A stretch of DNA of 64,000 nt from Octopus bimaculoides (taxonomy: Eukaryota), in NCBI RefSeq assembly GCF_001194135.2, contig NC_068999.1:23661024-23725023 (forward strand). The letters are read 5' to 3'. Of this stretch, positions 1 through 12,439 are shown piece by piece. The translations under genes and the position numbers were made by a program. Below the pieces are notes generated by a model. The model had not been told where the DNA came from and ran no database searches. It was given only the letters and a program-made list of their open reading frames with translations. Position 1 is the stretch's first letter. The number at the start of each line of letters is the position of its first letter.

Positions 1-803
1 TGTTGCTTTGGGGGGGAGGTAAAACTTGACAAACTGCTTCTCCCTCTGTTGTGGGGCTACCGTAATGTCTGTTTAAAAAAGAGAGATTATGACTGTGATA
101 AAATAACGAAAGAAATACTTACTAAGCAAGTGAGCATTATTATACAAAGGAATAATTAGACGTACATTATAAAAATTATTAGAATTGGGAATCAAATGTG
201 AAAATATTATCATGGGACTAGTTTTTATAATTTGAGAAAATATTTTATTCTGTATTTTTGACATGGTTTCAAGGATATTTAAATAACATGAGTGCTAAAT
301 ATTAAAGTTTACTTATGAAATATTGTAAAAATACAAAAAAAAACATTTCATTGTAATTAAATTATATGCTGTGTGACTAGAATTACATGGCATCATCTTT
401 AAGTTCCAGTAATAAGCTGTGGCAGTTAATGTGTTAATACATCATAAATATGCACTTAGCGATCTCAGTATATAATCTCTGATTATATAAGAAAATTTTA
501 CTTTGTATGTTGATTCCTCTTTGAAAAGGCTGACAAATCAGTTTTACTCTTAGGCAACAGTGTAAGACCACTTTTTTAACTGATTAACCCTTTCACTGTG
601 AAATTAAATTTAATAGTCATTCCAGTAAGGATATTAAATGTGTATCCAAAGTAGAACTGGTATTTTCCATAAGTCAGGTTGCTTCAATAAACTCGACATG
701 TCTCAACAGAAAACAGCTTCAAGCAAGACATTCACAACAAAAGATAGATTGATATATAAGGCCACATTCCACAGATAAGCGCTTTCCACTGAAAAAGGTA
801 TCA

Positions 804-1105
804 CCCTTTAACATTCAAATTAATCTGTCAAATGTAATCCTTATTTATTCACTTTGTTTTGAATTAATCATCCATTATCTCATATCTTTGAGACTTCAAT
901 GAAGTGATTGTTTATTCTTTGAATGACATTGCTGGCTAGATGTGAGAGGCCAGATCTGGCCAGTTTGCACATAAAACAAGTATATTTGGGCTGGATATGG
1001 CCAGTTTGCACATAAAACAAGTATATTTGGGCTGGATATGGCCAGTTTGCACATAAAACAAGTAGAATATTTGGGCTGGATATGGCCTGTTTAAATGCTA
1101 AAGAG
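804..1105 (+). mobile_element. TTAA-associated MITE (piggyBac-like ends), copy with internal triplication
   Basis: cccttta(a)catt...aatgctaaagag+ttaa; same family at 29512, 36348 and 50871. Confidence 0.65.
957..1082 (+). repeat. 41-nt tandem repeat x3 inside the MITE
   Basis: tggccagtttgcacataaaacaagtatatttgggctggata repeated; the third copy has a 3-nt insertion. Confidence 0.9.
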
Positions 1106-1231
1106 TTAATTTTACTCTCTATTGCTTTCAGTTCTAACATTAACCTTATTAAGACCCAAATATATTTCTATAAGAATTTGAATTCTGCACTCCACTGTTC
1201 GATTCATTTCATTGGCTTTGTTTTGTTTCAG

Positions 1232-1331
1232 CCTGTTCCCTTGGTGATCTTGATGCTGACACTGAGTATTTTCAACGGAAAACTATAAAACAACGAACTT
1301 TGTTTAATCACTTGGGAAGGCACTTTATCAA
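1232..1331 (+). CDS. SHANK: Shank internal exon, linker just upstream of the PDZ domain (phase 1 in, phase 2 out)
   Basis: Acceptor ttgttttgtttcag ends 1231; donor gtaagt at 1332. Only one open frame: CSLGDLDADTEYFQRKTIKQRTLFNHLGRHFI. RTLFNH recalls the vertebrate Shank pre-PDZ KRLFRH. The phase-2 end joins exon 38676 in frame (..RHFIN-NYAPRAV). Confidence 0.7.
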
Positions 1332-1572
1332 GTAAGTAGCTAATTTTATTACCTCTGAGGTATTTATTAACTTAATTGTGTGTCTATGCTATAAAACAAC
1401 ATTTTAATTATTCTATTAAAGAAACATTTTATCAAACAAGTAACTAATTTTATTGGACAACCTATGAATTAACTAGTCAACTCAAGCCCAAAATTACTAT
1501 TTTCACTCCTATTCATTAGATAAATTATCTCTATGGTAGTGTGTGTGTGTATGTGTGTGCATGCACATGTGT

Positions 1573-1609
<37 letters not shown>

Positions 1610-1612
<3 letters not shown>

Positions 1613-1741
1613 TTAAAAAGGAATGGTGTTGGCAGTGACTTCAAAGTTTCAGCCAGCTAAGCCATTGTCAGACTGCAGTCCAACAATGGCTTAGCTAGAC
1701 AAAACTTCAAAGTCACTCCCAACAACGTTCTTGTTTAAGAA
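1610..1741. repeat. Fold-back (palindromic) element, about 130 nt
   Basis: ttcttaaa..gttggcagtgacttcaaagttt..agctaagccattgt / central gactgcagtc / acaatggcttagct..aaacttcaaagtcactcccaac..tttaagaa. Confidence 0.8.
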
Positions 1742-2194
1742 TGATGAATATTTACTCTACAACAGGATAGAGTAATCAATCAGATTAATGTAAAATTGTT
1801 TTTTGATAACTGAATGTAAAAGCAAACATTAATATATACAGAGGGTGTCAAAATAAATCAATAGTACCTTTTCTTCTCTTTGGAAATAAATTAAATGGAA
1901 AATACATGAATAAAATTCTGGAAGACTGTTATTAAAAATATCACAATGGGAAGTTATTTCACCTATATATATTAGTAATCATATAAAATATAGTGTTGAG
2001 AGGTTCTTATCACACTGTTATATCTTCTTTCCAGTGTGTATAAGTTTACAATTAAGCTTCTTTTTTTTTTTTTTCTTCATAGAATAGCTCAACGTTCATA
2101 TGGTTGCTTTTATGTATCAATAAATACATGCAAAGATGAGTGGATGATGTTTTTAGCAGAAATATCAGTTATACAAGAAAATGGAAGATAGTGA

Positions 2195-2345
2195 CAAAGG
2201 CCTGTGGCCAGTTCTGAGGTCACCCCTGGAGGCTGTCATTGAGACCAAAGGTGGATTTGTCATGAAAATAAACTGCCCCAAATTTGATGGATAAATCTCA
2301 AAAACTAAAAACACTGTTTTAGTTTTTCCTGAGAAAGTCAATGTG
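2195..2345 (+). mobile_element. 3' remnant of a maT-like Tc1/mariner element
   Basis: aaggcctgtggccagttctgagg...ggaggctgtcattgagaccaaaggtggattt..aaactgccccaaatttga, homologous to 8440-8550. Confidence 0.55.
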
Positions 2346-3144
2346 GACGGTTTTTATGGTTAGATGCCTTTCCTAATGCCAACCATTCCACAGAGTTTAC
2401 TGAGTGTTTTTAAAGTGGTACTATAACCAGTGCTTTTTATATGGCACCAGCTCCCACACAAATGCTTTTTATGTGACATCTTGGTTTTGGGATCTCAATT
2501 CTGTTGTGGTGGGTAAATTGACATGATATGAAAGTTTTTAAAGCATAACTGAAATCATCCCCCGAAAGGTAGAAAAGACAGATACCTTTCATGTAAAAAA
2601 AAAAGTTCTTTTTTTGCCAAATGCAGCTCAGTGTTGTCAATATGATTTGATTAGCTAAGTGACTGTTATTCTTATCTAAAAATATCTTTCATTCATTCAT
2701 TTTTTCCATGTCACATTCTATTGTGGATCTCTCTATTGACACACCCTGGGGAGGAGAACATTTTTTTCATTCTATTCTTGTTTTTATTTAGAAACCTCTC
2801 CTGATGACATTAAAACATTTGATTTCTAGTGAGATTCTTACTGAGAAGCTCAATGAGAGTGTGGGAATTCTTTGATAAATTTTTCTAGACTTACTGGAGT
2901 GTATATCATTTCACACAAACCAAGTTTTATTATTGTTTACAGAGCGTAATCTGTGTTGTTTTGCTGTAAATAACAGCTATAACTAAATTATTTAGGTTTA
3001 TAACGGTTATTTACAGTAAAATAACAAAGAATATATTCCATAAATAATGATGTTTTCTTATTTAGTCACAAGGCCAACAGTTTTGAGGGATGGGGTAGTA
3101 GTTGATATCATCAACCCCCATACTTGACAGGTACTTTATTTTAT

Positions 3145-4146
3145 GCGTAGGTAGAAACTCCATAAGATGTACCCAGTGCAAGCTATGGACACATAAGAGA
3201 TGCAGCAATATCAAAGGAAGGTTAACTAGGAAGTTAGTTTTTGTATGTGGCAGATGTTCAGGAACAATAAACACTGAAAATATGTAGAAAACAACTTCTG
3301 CCACATTCCAGGGAGAAAAACTAGACGTATTTGATAGCTTCCGCTATCTAAGTGACCAAGTTAGTAGTGAGGGAGGGTGCACTGAAAGTGTAGCTGCTAG
3401 AATAAGAATAGCCTGGGCAAAGTTCAGAGAGCTCTTACCTCTGCTGGTGACAAAGGGCCTTTCACTCAGAGTAAAAGGCAGACTGTATGACGCATGTGTA
3501 CGAACAGCCATGCTACATGGCAGTGAAACATGGGCCGTGAATGCTGAGGACATGCGTAAGCTCGCAAGGAATGAAGCCAGTATGCTCCGATAGATGTGTA
3601 ATGTCAGTGTGCACACTCCACAGAGTGTAAGTACCTTGAGAGAAAAGTTGAACCTGAGAAGCATCAGTTGTGGTGTGCAAGAGAGACGATTGTGCTGGTA
3701 TGGTCATGTGGCGAGAATGAATGAGGATTGCTGTGTGAAAGAGTGCCACACCCTAGCGGTTGAGGGAACCTGTGGAAGAGGCAGGCCCAGGAAGTGAAGC
3801 ATGACCTCCGAACATTAGGCCTCACCGAGTCAATGACTTCTGACCGAGACCTTTGGAAATATGCTGTGCGTGAGAAGACCTGGAAAGCCAAGTGAGACCA
3901 AAATCCAAGGCCTCTGCCAGGGATGTAGCCAGCCCACTTATGCATACCTTTCCTTCATTGGACACTAAACTCCGCTTGTGAAGACCTGTTGAGGCAAGTG
4001 AAATCGAAATCGAACTAAATTCGACGACTGGCACCCATGCCAATGTCTCCTTCATTGGACACTAAACTCGGCTTGCGAAGACCTGTTGGGGCAAGCGAAA
4101 GTGAAATCGTGATGGAAAGCAGACGTTAAACAATGATGATGATGAT
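3145..4146 (+). mobile_element. 5'-truncated RTE-clade LINE (PHD-like finger, RT C-terminus, 3' UTR, (gat)n tail)
   Basis: GRNSIRCTQCKLWTHKRCS..VCGRC; FRYLSDQ; RRLCWYGHVARM..GRGRPRK; 53-nt direct repeat at 3951-4004 and 4048-4100; ends atggaaagcagacgttaaacaatgatgatgatgat. Confidence 0.85.
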
Positions 4147-5149
4147 ATGCACTCATACATATTCATATTTATACACACCCATGCTTGTGCATACATATAC
4201 ACGTGTGTATGCATGCGTGAATGTGTGTGCAAACTCACATGGGGGTTGACAAATCTACTTTTTATTATTATCTATTTATTTTCTCATACATACCTGGGGG
4301 TCGATGAGGGATCAAGAATTCCATGAAGGTGTCAATTGTCTAATAAGTTTGGGGACCGCTGCTTTAAATCCATGAAATCAGTAAAATATGTTATCCTTTA
4401 CTTGGAAAAAAAATAAGGGCTTGTATCAGAAAAGACAAACATGGAAAAATGGATTAGAAATGAAAATAAAAAATGTAAGTATATACATATATCTATTATC
4501 ATTGAACATAATAATTATTTATATGTTATGTGAATGATATTTTCAAAAAGAGGGTTCGATATTTAATTTCATATATATACTTATATATGTGTATTGAAAC
4601 TGATAAACCAAAAATTTGCAATCTGTTTTGAATAGAATACCAGACTTTTCAAAACAAAAGCTTTTTATTACAGTTCATCTGCATTTAGTGTCTCTGACTA
4701 TCACTCTCTCAAAGCCCATTTGTTGTATTACTCTTCTTTACCCATCTGACTGACAAAACATATATTGCGTTTTACTATATCTAAGATTTTTATCTCTTAA
4801 TCTATACGTTCTTAATTAAGTTGTGAATCTAATACTTTGAAAACATGCACTTCCTCTCAGTGGAAGGCTTTAAAGATCCAATTTCACATTTCTGTTAGTA
4901 ATACTTGCATTTCTCTCATAAGTGAAATAATTGACGAAGTGGTATTTTGATCTCAAGAAGTGTCCCAAATACAGCAACATAGATTCTGAAAAGTATTTCA
5001 AATACCTGAGTCATTAGCCACCATATTGGTTTGTCTCAAAGTTTACATCTGTACTAAATCCCATGACAACCTCTTTCTTTTTAAAACAGATAAAGTGGTT
5101 CAGCTAATTCTCTTGATTCTGAGTATCAAAAGTATTCGTCTGGCTTGGT

Positions 5150-5845
5150 TCAATTCTTGTCTAAGACTTTTGCTTCCCAACCACATGGTTCCAGGTTCAG
5201 CCCCACTGTGTAACATTTTGAGCCTGTGTCTTCAACTACAGCCTCGAGCTGACCAAAGCTTTGTGAGTGGATTTGGTGGATGGGAACTGAAAGAAGCCTG
5301 TCATATATATATATATATATATATATATANNNNNNNNNNTATAAGATTATAATTAAGGGGATCTCAGAGATACCTCTATGCTAGATATAGCAGCCAAAAC
5401 TTGACTCTAAAACCACATTAAATGTTCATTTAATGTAGTTTTAGAGTCAAGTTTTGGCTGCTATATCTAGCATGGAGGTATGTCTTTGATACCCTTAATT
5501 ATAATTTTAATAATAATTATTACCTTTGAGGTTTTTATTCCCATGCTGGCCACCTGATAAGATCCGTATTTTAACTAACGATCTTATCCTTATTTATATA
5601 AATATATATGTGTGTGTGTGTGTGTGTGTCTTTGTGTCCGTGTTTGTCCCCTACCACTGCTTGACAACCAGTGTTAGTGTGGTTATGTCCCCATTACTTA
5701 GTAGTTTGGCAAAAGAGATTTATAGAATAAGTACTAGGCTTTAAAAAATAAGTCCTGGGGCTGATTTGTTCAACTAAAACTCTTAAAGGTGGTGATCCAG
5801 TGTGGCCACAGTCAAATGACTGAAACAAGTAAAAGATAAAACATA
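5150..5845 (+). mobile_element. tRNA-derived CORE-type SINE (family A, OR1/OR2-like), split by a gap and a hairpin insert
   Basis: Head ..cccaaccacatggttccaggttcag..gaccaaagctttgtgagtggatttgg..gaaagaagcc, then microsatellite; tail tttgtcccctaccactgcttgacaacc...aaatgactgaaacaagtaaaag. Confidence 0.75.
5346..5505. repeat. Near-perfect 160-nt hairpin
   Basis: ctatgctagatatagcagccaaaacttgactctaaaaccacattaaatg / catttaatgtagttttagagtcaagttttggctgctatatctagcatgg, with outer arms attataattaaggg / cccttaattataat. Confidence 0.9.
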
Positions 5846-6047
5846 ATAGTTAAAAAGTCTACAAATTTTCAGAGAGGGAACAGTCAATTATATCAACATG
5901 GGTAAATCACTGGTACTTATGTTAATGTTTCCTGGAGGGGTGAAAGACAAAATCAACTTGAACAGGATTTCAGTTCAAAATATAAAAGATCATGACTAAT
6001 TACCACAAGATATTTTGTCTGCAGCACTATAGGTGGTAACCCTAAGA

Positions 6048-7015
6048 CACTGTTTCTCAACCATTGTTTTTTTCTGTATGGACCCCTTTTTCCTTTTACT
6101 TGTATAAGTCATTAAACTCCAGCCATGATGGGGCACTGCCTTGAAGAATATTTAGTCAAATGTACCAACCCAGCACTTATTACTTTTAAAGCCTGGTATT
6201 TATTCTATCAGTCTCTTTTACCAAACTGCTAAGTTATGGGGCTGTAAGCGCACCAGCACCAATTGTCCAGTGGTGGGGAAGAGATAAACACAGACACAAA
6301 AACACAAAGATACACATACATATGTATAGTCGTCGCCAGTACCGCCTGATTGGTCCTCGTGCCAGTGGCACATAAAACACCCACTACACTCTCGGAGTGG
6401 TGGTGTTAGGAAGGGCATCCAGCTGTAGAAACTCTGCCAAATCAGATTGGAGCCTGGTGGCGCCTCCTGGTCCACCAGTCCTCAGTCAAATCGTCCAACC
6501 CATGCTAGCATGGAAAGCGGACGTTAAACGACGACGAAGATGATGATGATATATATATATATATGAGAGGCTTCTTTCAGTTTCTGTCTACCAAATTCAC
6601 TCACAAGGTTTTAGTTGGCCTGAGGCTATAGCAGAAGACAATTGCCCAAGGTACCATACAGCAGGACTGAACCTTGAACTATGGGGTTGGGAAGCAAACT
6701 TCTTGATTACTATTTTATTCTTGTGAAGCCTGGTAGCTTTTCGATGTCTGAAAACAAGTTTTATTGATATTTCTTTTAAAATTCCTATTTTTACGCATTC
6801 ATTTGCAATAGTCGTCTGAGAGAATATGTTTCAGTGGCTGGAAATATGTTAAATATGTAAAACTTAGAGAAAGGAACTTAGCTGTTTCTTACAATAAATA
6901 TATCTAAAGCAAACCCTTAAAATACTACTGTGGATCCTCAGTTTACTATTTTACTTGCTACCAAAAATCTTATGTGGACCCCAGGGGTCATATAGATCCT
7001 GATTGAGAACCACTA
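6048..7015 (+). mobile_element. hAT-like MITE carrying a nested SINE A (-) that is itself interrupted by an RTE 3' tail
   Basis: Ends cactgtttctcaacc / attgagaaccacta; internal sequence shared with 41427-41790; SINE pieces at about 6110-6320 and 6565-6710; RTE tail at about 6330-6550. Confidence 0.6.
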
Positions 7016-7304
7016 CTCTAAGATGTTGCCTGGTTTATCACCACCACCTTGTCCTTGTATGTGCTGTGTTAGACTTTTGTACAAAGCCTGTGATCTCATC
7101 TCCACCCACATTCAGGCTGGACATCAACTGCATCAATCTCACCAACTTAAAATAAATCTCACTAGCCTGACTAACTTAGAAAAAGCAAAACAACCCTACA
7201 TCCTCTGTCTTTGAGGTAGTTATAATAATAATGAGGCCAGGATCAAGCACTACCTTAGTATACTTATATTCCAAGGAACCTTATTGAGACTGGACTCATT
7301 GAAT

Positions 7305-7491
7305 CTTTTACATGTTTCAGTCATTAGACTGTGGCCATGCTGGGGTACCGCCTTCAAGCATTCGACTCCAGTATAATTTTTTTTTTAAAGCTTGTTACTT
7401 ATTTTATCACTCTCTTTTACTGAACTGCTAAGTTATAGAGACATAAACACACCAGCACTGGTTGTCAAGCAGTGGTGAGAGACAGACACAT

Positions 7492-7528
<37 letters not shown>

Positions 7529-7740
7529 CACACACACACATGCACACACAAACACGCACACACACACACACACATACAATGGGCTTCTTTCAGTTTCCAT
7601 GTACCAAATCCACTCACAAAACTTTGGTTGGCAGTTGGCCTTGGAGCTCTAGTAGAAGACACTTGCCCAAAGTGCCATGCAGTGGAACTGAACCCGGAAC
7701 CATGTGGTTGGGAAGCAAGCTTCTTACCACAGAGCTGCAC
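7305..7740 (-). mobile_element. SINE family A, full length, with (CA)n core
   Basis: Reverse complement of the head, CORE-like ggcactttgggcaagtgtcttc, microsatellite and tail. Confidence 0.85.
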
Positions 7741-8049
7741 CAGTTAACATTGTCCAGTTCACACCTTACCTGTAAAGCATAGATTCAGGTCAGATTGTTT
7801 AACTTGACTAAAGCTCTGAATAGATTCCATATTGAACTCCTAACCCCAACAAAATACAAAATCCAAATTGAAATTGCTACTCATCATCATCAATCGTTTT
7901 TCACTCCACTTTTCTTTGCTAGTATGGGTTGGATGCATTGTCAGTTATCTCAGAAACTACATTATTCAGTACATTCCTTCATTATCTGTACGGTGTAATA
8001 TGAGAGAGAGCTGGCTGCTATTTCTAGCTGATGAAGCAACTATATTCCT

Positions 8050-8520
8050 GCCAAATGATGTCAGGCCACCCCACTTCTTTCCTGAAAGCCTCAGGCTGAA
8101 CATCAACAGCCACATCCAGGTTCTGGATGAGGTGGTGAAGCCTTGGATCAACCAGGTAGCTGCAGGGAGGTCGTATGTGTGGCAGTGAGACTCTGTGCCC
8201 TGCCACACCAGCCAGAAGACCCAGGCCTGGCTGACAGAGAATTTTGTTGATCACACAGTACCTGACATTTAGCCTCCCAACCCACTTGACTGCAACTACC
8301 TTGACTTCTTTGTGTGGGGCATGGTGGAACAAGATACCAACAAATCCAGCTGCAACACAAAGGACAAGCTGAGAGCTAGGATCATCAGGGCCTTCAGGGG
8401 CCTAAAATGGGAGATAGTGGACAAAGGCCCGTGGACAAAGGCCCGTGGCCAGTTCTGAGGTTTCTTAGAGGTGGGCATTGAGGTCAAAGATGGATTTGAT
8501 GAGTGAGATTGAGAGAACAT
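8050..8520 (+). pseudogene. maT/Bmmar1-like (DD37D-type) transposase relic
   Basis: DVRPPHFFPESLRLN..VVKPWINQVAAGRSYVWQ*DSVPCHTSQKTQAWL..PPNPLDCNYLDFFVWG, with stop codons. Confidence 0.75.
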
Positions 8521-9059
8521 GTCATGAAGACAAACTGACCCAAATTTGAGGGTGTGGACAGTATTCATTCGCATAAAAACTAAGTCAAAACAGACTATGG
8601 GACCTAGTGTGGTCCCTGGGCTTACCAGTTCCTGTCAAGCCATCCAACCCATGCCAGCATGGAAAACAGACATTAAGTGATGTTGATGATGTTTTCAAAT
8701 TTTAGCTCCATAGTATATAAAAAAATCTAGTGTTGTCATTTTAACTGTTTTATCTAGCCCATTTCACCTACATTTAGGTACTACGTTAGATTTATATTCA
8801 TAAAGATTAGATATTTTTTGCGAAAATTTATTAAAAATTGACATATTTATTACAAAGATATAGTTACTCATGCACTATTTAGCCACCAAAAGACAGTATT
8901 ATTATCACTGAAATTACACACATAACAAAAAATGCTGTATTATGGGAGGAAGTGCATCACCCAATTAACGAATTCTTACTTGTTGTAGAATAAACAAAAA
9001 CAAAATTAGTCCAGCAAATTAACTGTTTGAGAAAACAGGTTTCTGTTCTTGGATTGCTG

Positions 9060-9330
9060 AACCTGATTACCTCTGTTTTGTCCCCTTATAAGGCCCCAAC
9101 AATAGTCTACCATCATATTTATATTCCATCAACCCTGGTATCTTTTTACCATAGATTAACTGTCCTGTTACCTCTTGACTAATAACCCTCAATTAGCAAA
9201 GAAATAGTCTAAATGCTCTTTCATATTCATATTACATTCTGGTTTGTGGAAGAGAAAGAGTAACTTATTCACCAGGTCTCAATACTCTCAAATTTGCCAT
9301 TGTTCAAAAAGATTTCCACAACTTCAATGA
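9060..9330 (-). mobile_element. Possible relic of a restriction-like endonuclease (R4/NeSL-type) non-LTR element
   Basis: Minus-strand fragments KRYQG*W..IVGAL resemble K..KY..L..W..PIVVGALG; heavily degraded. Confidence 0.3.
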
Positions 9331-9739
9331 ATGCTACCCAGGCACTTTTCACTAGTAAACCATTAGCATAGCTGAAGGGTAGGGAAGGGGTGGTCTACCC
9401 TAGGCAATTCTTTTTGTGGAGTTGGCACTTTGGGGTATGTTGTATAGGCTTGGGGGCTCAAGGGTGAGGGATGTGGTGAACTCAAAGGCTGTCCTGACAG
9501 CACACACTGCAGTTAAGCCACTGAAGTAAATTCATAACTATGTTATCCTTTATTTAGTTTCTTATCTTAGATCCATCAAAGATAGCTACCTACGAGCAAG
9601 AAATTCCCCCCCCCCCTAATATTCAAGTCACCTTCTTTAACCAAAGCTTTAATAAATTGCTTTCATCAAGTCTAATTTCATATGAAATGCTAGGAACGAA
9701 GTGTTTTCTGGTTTTATTAGGGGTATCTTTTATCTTTTT

Positions 9740-10357
9740 CTTGCTTGAAACATTATCAGATTTTCCTGTGATGTAATCAGCCTGGTGCGCTTTTGATCAG
9801 GTGTCAGAAGATGTGGCACCCACCAAGTTGAAACCTTCATCATTTAAAGTTCTTTGTGCAGACTATTCTCAACTCTCTCACAGAATACACTAATAGCATT
9901 GGCTATTTGATTTATAATCAATCACCTGTCATCCATCACCATATGGTGAACACGATCAATGTTTTCCTTGGTGGTGGCAGTTGCAGAATGTCCAGACTTT
10001 AGGTCATCTTCAAGATTCTCCCTTCCCCTCCTAAATTCAGCAACCCGCTTTTGCATTGTTGATAAAGCTGGAGCATCACCCTCTGATGTAGCAACTATGT
10101 CATTGGGAACTAAACCCATTTTTCTGCAGTTACTTAAGTAACCACTGATGCCAAATTTTGTCCATTTTCAAGAGAAGTCACGACTAGTTACTTTTTAAGT
10201 GTTCTTTGAACAATCAGATGTGAGTTTACATGGAAAGAAACAATGCAATTATTAATAAGAAGAGTTGAAATTAATTGAAATTAATGCAAGCAAGATTTCA
10301 CTAATGTAGCATCACTCCTTTTTAGTCAACTTATGAACTTTTCAGTGCACCTTTGTA
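9740..10357 (-). mobile_element. Mariner element 5' part: TIR plus N-terminal transposase relic
   Basis: TIR tacaaaggtgcactgaaaagttc; MDKIWH..DAPALSTMQKRVAEFRRGRENLEDDLKSGHSATATTKENIDRVHHMVMDDR..WVPHLLTPDQKRTR. Confidence 0.85.
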
Positions 10358-12238
10358 TGTGTGTATGATTGTGTCTCTTTCTCCAGATATTGTGTCTTTG
10401 TTATAAATTAATATTATTCATTTCAATTATTGTGTGAAAGCATGTCTGGCTATAGGGAAATATTACCTTGCTTGGAAACAAGTAAAGGTTGGTGACTGGA
10501 AGGGCATCCAGCCATAGAAAACTTGTCTCTGTAAATTCTGTTTGACCCATGCAAGCAGGAAAATGTGGACATTGAAATGTTATTGTTGTTGATGATGATG
10601 ATGATGTATGACATATCAGATAGCAATGTGAATTTCATTCAGACAGACTGTACAGATATGACTAGAATGTGATTATATATTTATATATTTTACACCACAA
10701 ATTCTGGACAATAGTATGATTGGTTACAGAATTCCAGCAGGTTAATTATTGGTTCAGTGCATTTCTAAAAGTAAGAGGGTCAAGAGAGTGTCACCACTTT
10801 CATTTTTTTTTTNNNNNNNNNNNNNNNNNNNNNGGGGGGGGGGGGGGTCTCACATCCGTATTTATAACCCCTTGTCAATAAACATTGATGAATCACACAC
10901 ACACACATACAGGTGTCGGCATGGCAGTGTAGTTAAGAAGTTTGCTTCACTACCACATGGCTCTGGTTTCAGTTCAGATGTGTGGTACCTTGGGCAAGTG
11001 CCTTGTGAATGAATTTGGGAGATAAAAACTGTACATAGCCCATCATACACACACGTGTGTGTGTGTGTGTACGTAATACATATGAGAATGTTTATGTTCT
11101 GAGGCATCATTTGTTCTGCCTGATGTGTTTTTACATCCAGCTGCAAATGCCTTTTACGTTCAAATGTACAAGAACATATTAAAAATAACATTAGGAAGGC
11201 CATCTGGCATTAGGAAGAACATCCAGCTGTAGAAACCATGCCAAATCAGACTGGAACTTAGTGGAGCTCTCCAACTCATCAGCTCCAATCAAACCATCTA
11301 ACCCATGCCAGCATGGAGAGTGGACGTTAAATGATGGTGATGATGACCATGATGTATACATCTTTAAATACGTATATGTGTTTGTTTATGGCTTGGATTA
11401 TAACCCCTTATATACACTAAATATTCATCATCATAAATCTGCTTTTCCATGCTTACCAGGTTTTCTGATGCAACATTTTATGGCTACATGCCCTTCCAGT
11501 CTCCAACCCTTATGCCTTTTAGTCACTTCTTTTAGACACATACAGAGATGGTGTGCCTATTCTAAAACCAAGATGTACATGATATATTTCCTGAGTCATT
11601 CATATATCTCCCTCTTTACCCCTCTAGATACTGGTATTTCCCATCGTATGCATACCCACTCACTACATTAACCTCTACTTAAACCTCACTCTCTTATGAA
11701 AGCATCCACTCTCTCACCCCCCCCCATGATCTACCAGCCCTGTCCTCTCTTATGCTCACCTTGTTCCTTGAGAGTTTGCTCTTGCACCCTATTTCTATCT
11801 TCCTCAGCCATATATCTTCTCTATAGCAAGACAATTGTTCTTGTCCCTCTATCATACATTAGCCTTTCAACACCTGGTTTACGACCACCCACCTCTGCCT
11901 TCCTCAAGTAGTGAGGACTTTTTCCATTTTCTTTTTACTCTGTCTTTTCTGTCGTACAAGTTTCATGGCAACCACACTAGTGCCCATGGCACTAAAAACA
12001 CGCCCATTGCATTCTGCAGAGTGGTTGGTGTTAGGAAGGCCATCCAGCTGTAGAAACCATGCTAAAGATGACACTGGGGCTCACCCAACACAGTCCCTGC
12101 AGCTTGCTGGTTCCCTGTCAAACACTCCTACCCATGACAACATGGAAAACAGATATTCAATAATGATGATGATATATATAAATATGTATGTATATATATA
12201 TATATATGTGTGTGCATGTATATGTGTGTGTATATATA

Positions 12239-12274
<36 letters not shown>

Positions 12275-12439
12275 TGTATGTATGTATGTATATATACACA
12301 TACACACACATATATATTTTTAATTTTAAGAATGTTAGAAAAAATAGGCAGTTGTATAATTGTCACTAGAAAAGATATATCAATCAAAGTAAACAGTATT
12401 CTAGAGTCATTAGGAGTGGTAATGAACTTAAAGTGGCAT

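Noticed and set aside
7462-7782. ORFs with HTHT/CVCV/YIYI runs (also 11911-12508, 19648-20062, 20992-21554, 30340-30861)
   Set aside because: Translations of microsatellites and SINEs, not genes.
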